Origin: Anthoceros angustus
Lineage: Eukaryota > Plantae > Anthocerotophyta
Reading direction: 5' to 3'
Length of the DNA stretch: 64,000 nucleotides
Assembly: GCA_010909165.1 (NCBI GenBank)
Contig: VJWM01000219.1
Span: 62,001-126,000 of the forward strand
Of the stretch, positions 60,646-64,000 are shown one piece after another. The notes below the pieces were generated by a model, which saw only the letters and a list, made by a program, of their open reading frames with translations, had not been told where the DNA came from and ran no database searches. The translations under genes and the position numbers were made by a program. Each line of letters starts with the position of its first letter. Position 1 is the first letter of the stretch.

Positions 60646-62618
60646 ATGTCCAGCCCCGCGGACTCGGATCCTCTACAGCCTGAACACAGCAGCGGGGAGC
60701 AGCAATCCTGGGGCGACGGCCATGCTCCCAAGCTCGAGGCAACCGCTGTCCTGCATTGGTTACCCGACCAGGTCCAAACCTGGCTCCAGCACAGTGTGTC
60801 GTTCGAACCGGCCCGATTGCAAGGTGTCCAGCATCGCGAGCCGGGAGGAGTCCGCAATCTTCTTCCTTCCTCCGTGCCTCTTACGGCTGTCCTGGTCTTG
60901 CTGTGCAGAATTTCTGCATACCTTTCGGCTGGAGAACGTGGATGGGCTCGCCCTGCTCACTCTGCAGCGAGCCCACCGTGCCTGTCAGGGCATGAGCAGC
61001 TCCGAGTGGCACATTTTTAAGGTGTGGCTATGTCCGGGAAAATGCTGCTGTCGTTGTCTTTGGTGGCTTGTGTATGTATGTACATGGCATGAGCATGTGT
61101 CAGTTCTTGTCACCAGTTTGGGATGGATTGGAACGCTGCATTGTGCCAGATAGCCCGCAGACGACTGGTTTCTCTAGGGCAAGTAGAGGCCTTGTCCGGT
61201 CTGAGCAAGGTTACTATTGAGGACATTTTCTGTTCCCCCTGCTCCACACCTCCGAGGACTCCAAGCAGGTACTATCGAGAGCGGGCATATACTGTATACA
61301 AGAAGTTGCTTCTTCTGCTTAGACTACAGGTACTCTCGGCTTGTTTCTTGACCGTGTGTGCGGTTTTGGTGACCCAGAAGCAGTAATCGCTCCTTGGTGG
61401 AACCGGAGGTGGAGGAGAGGGCGATGCATGGATCTCCCCGGAAAGGGGGCTGGGGGTTTCGATGGGGTGCCGCAAAGGACGACCAGGTTCATGTCCCGCC
61501 CGAGCTGTTTAATCCGTGATGGACGAGTTAGGGTTTAGAGGACCTTTGGTGTAACTTACTGGATGAGCTTTGTTCTTGGTGGGTTGCAGCTGGAATCTCT
61601 GGAGAAAGAAGTGCAGTCGCTTCGAGGCGAGATCGTAGGTGCCGAAGAGCGTGAAACCACCCTTCAAGCTCAGTGAGTGTGGCGATCAGCGGACAGGATA
61701 TATGTTGGTCCCTGATGTAGATGCTTTTGTTTGCATGTGCCCGAGGACACGTTTGTGGCGCTTCGGTCATTTATGTATTCCTGTCCGTGTGAATTTGGTT
61801 GCAGACTGAACCATCTGGATGACGTTCTGAAAACAGCACAACTTTCAGGTTACATCCACACCAGGACGGTAGGGGCTTCTTCATCCGCCTCTCATCTTTG
61901 TGTGTAGTTCCGTGAGTTTGAACACTTGCCTGACTTTTTTACTTTCAATTCATGCATGCTTGATGCAGAGGTGGTCTGCTCTACCACATGAACCGCCTAT
62001 TGATGACACCGATGTCGATGACTGGCTCTTGAGATTCCTCGTTTTACACGATGAATCTGTCTGCTTCTATTTGCGTGCAACGGGTGAGTCCCTGCCCGGA
62101 AATGGATCACTGAAATCTATTTGTCGATTTCGGGGAGGAGTGAAAGTTATGGGATGTGCATTCTCGCTGCAGGTGTTGGCGAAGTTGTGGAATAAGGATG
62201 TGACTTGACCGTGCTTTGGCAGATCTAAGGCCGCAAGGAACGATTTTACTTGGCGAAATTGTAGAAGCTGGACCTATCCCTCAGCACAAGCACCATGGGG
62301 GTGATACCCACTGGTTTGCGTTTCACATCACCACTTGCCATGGACTGCGCCTGGAGTGTTCCTCTCAACTCAAGCTCCAGGTCCTTTTGCCCTTGTCCTC
62401 GCTGAAGTTTCCGGTCTTCTGATAAACTCATGACCCTTGTTTGATGAAGTCGTACTTCCTTGTGGTCTGATCTGAAGGTGGAATGCTGGTTAACTTCTCT
62501 CGGCGTTGGTCTCGAGAACAACGACCTGGAACGCCGCCTTATAGAAGCACCTCGTTCAGCTATCTGGCACAAGGTTCTGTGCAATGACGATGATGTGGAT
62601 GCCAGGTACTCACTGTAA
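60646..62618 (+). CDS. SAM domain, coiled-coil and PH domain protein, multi-exon
   Basis: VLHWLPDQVQTWLQH...LQ|EFLHTFRLENVDGLALLTL (SAM-like); LESLEKEVQSLRGE (coil); SGYIHTRT|RW...DDWLLRFLVLHD...FHITT...VECWL (PH). Both ends are uncertain. Confidence 0.75.
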
Positions 62619-62976
62619 CTGTTAGGAGTTTGCCCTTTCTCGCCTTGCACTTGGGAAACCTAAGTCTGTAAGGCTTCATCTGTGCGTCGTGCCTACGATT
62701 TCGCAGCAGCGAGGAGGGATCTCTGTTCGGCGAGCTCGCTCTCCATTGAGTTTCAGGAAGCAAGGGCGGCCCTGCCAACGCTGTTCGGGTGTGGGATTCG
62801 TCAGGTTTGGATACCAAGGTTTTGTGAACGGCGTCCCTCCCCTCACCGGCGGAGGAGTGTATATGGATATGGTACTGGAAGGTTGGCTTTGCAAAGAGTC
62901 CCTCTCCGGAGATAAGAGCATCTCCCGGACAGAGACACCAGGAAGAATTTGTACTGGTTTTGTACATAATCGTATA

Positions 62977-63999
62977 TCAATCTGTTTGGAAGAGAACTCG
63001 CCATGCCAGGGTGCAGGATATGAGAGAAGCCAGGCACGCAGCCCCCAGCTGCACGTAAGAGACATGGAGCTGCAGGGCAAGCGCGTCAAAGGGCGCGTTC
63101 CCTGCCATAAGCATCCCCGCCATGGAGCCCGGGAGCGAGACTATCCCCGTAGTCTTCAAGGAATCGATCATAGGCGCCAAGCTCTGCCTTACAGCACGCC
63201 GCACATGCGGCCTCACAGCCTGCTCCGGCGTGGCCCCCAAGGCCAGAGACGCCTCAATATGCCCCCTCCTCACCTCCATGTCTCGGTGCAACCGGTTCAA
63301 AGCCCCGCCCACCATGCTCATGCTGTTCCCCACCACGTAGCCCGCGGCCGGGATCAGGTGCCGGGGCTGCCATGGGAACACACGCAGCAGGACCGTGAGC
63401 CCGACGCAGGCCCCCGCTGCCAACCCTAGAGACGTCCACGCGATGGCGTGACTTCCCGGAACCTGCCTGGCCCTCTCCCCCGCAGTGTACCCCGCCGTGG
63501 TCACCATGGCTGCGAATCCGGCAAGGCTCATCCAGGGGCTGTCGCCCTGGAACAGGAGCTTGAGGAGGAACCCGAGAGCCACCATCTGGACGGAGGAGCG
63601 CAGTACGGCCTCCTGTATTTCCCGCTCCAGGCCCACATTCAGGCGGCGAGAGAGCAGCAGGGCCGCTGAGACCGGCAGCAGGGACCCCAGGACGCGCGCG
63701 CTGCTTCCCGCCTGCTCGGCCTGGACCAGGGCAGGTCAGGTCAGTCGGGAGTCGGAGCCTGCAGACGCAGCTGGTTCTGTGTTGCTCACCAGCATGGACG
63801 TTAAGGAAGCGCAGCACCCGGCAGTCTGTCCCGCCCTTCTTCTGGCTACCAGAACCAGCTCCCCGTGCTGCCCTGGTGGCCGGCACCTGAGCCCTGGCGG
63901 TAGCTTCGGATTGGAGGGCAGGCCGCCCTTGCGCTCTGCGGCTGCGGCTGCCCGCCCCTGCCATGGACGGATGCGCCGTTGCACTCTCACAAATTCCAT
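62977..63999 (-). CDS. UPF0014 ABC-transporter permease (STAR2/ALS3/FetB-like) with an N-terminal extension, 2 exons
   Basis: LSRRLNVGLEREI..RSSVQM; IPAAGYVVGNSM; IEASLALGAT; DSLKTTGIVSLPGSMAGML. Predicted 69-nt intron at 63721-63789 joins in frame to an upstream exon. The start may lie beyond the window edge. Confidence 0.85.
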
Positions 64000-64000
64000 T

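Noticed and set aside
61527-61540. Telomere-like GTTAGGGTTTAG
   Set aside because: Under two units, inside an intron; not an array.
62689-63964. 246-aa (+) and 236-aa (-) ORFs
   Set aside because: Alternative-frame shadows of the GC-rich UPF0014 gene.
8877-63999. PAP and STAR2-like genes as a phosphate-starvation cluster
   Set aside because: They are about 52 kb apart with many unrelated housekeeping genes between them.

Overview
Eukaryotic nuclear DNA from a compact land-plant genome: short GT-AG introns, dense genes and plant-type orthologues. A seed-free plant such as a hornwort or Selaginella is an inference, not established. About 17 protein-coding genes are supported: GPT/DPAGT1, an uncharacterised TFxP-repeat/EF-hand-like protein, purple acid phosphatase, DUF538, plastid release factor 1, UBP24, an NST1-like protein, PRP31, LONRF, SPF27, HemW-like radical SAM, SAP30BP, CysRS, TMEM50, a zinc-knuckle protein, a SAM-PH protein and a STAR2/FetB-like permease. 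Three repeat-rich intervals interrupt them (about 18-22.8 kb, 34.3-39.9 kb and 55.1-57.7 kb). These hold a probable solo LTR, a hAT fragment, two CRE-like non-LTR retrotransposon remnants, a CACTA fragment and a TIR-bounded Harbinger-like element. No tRNA, rRNA or CRISPR array is supported. Best leads: (1) the HemW and SAP30BP ORFs lie in one reading frame separated by a single stop codon; (2) the CysRS is of the ancestral eukaryotic type; (3) the TFxP-repeat protein may be ciliary or microtubule-related; (4) the UPF0014 permease may carry a transit peptide; (5) a SAM-PH fusion; (6) several fully intronless housekeeping genes. All gene models and family calls were made by eye without database searches.
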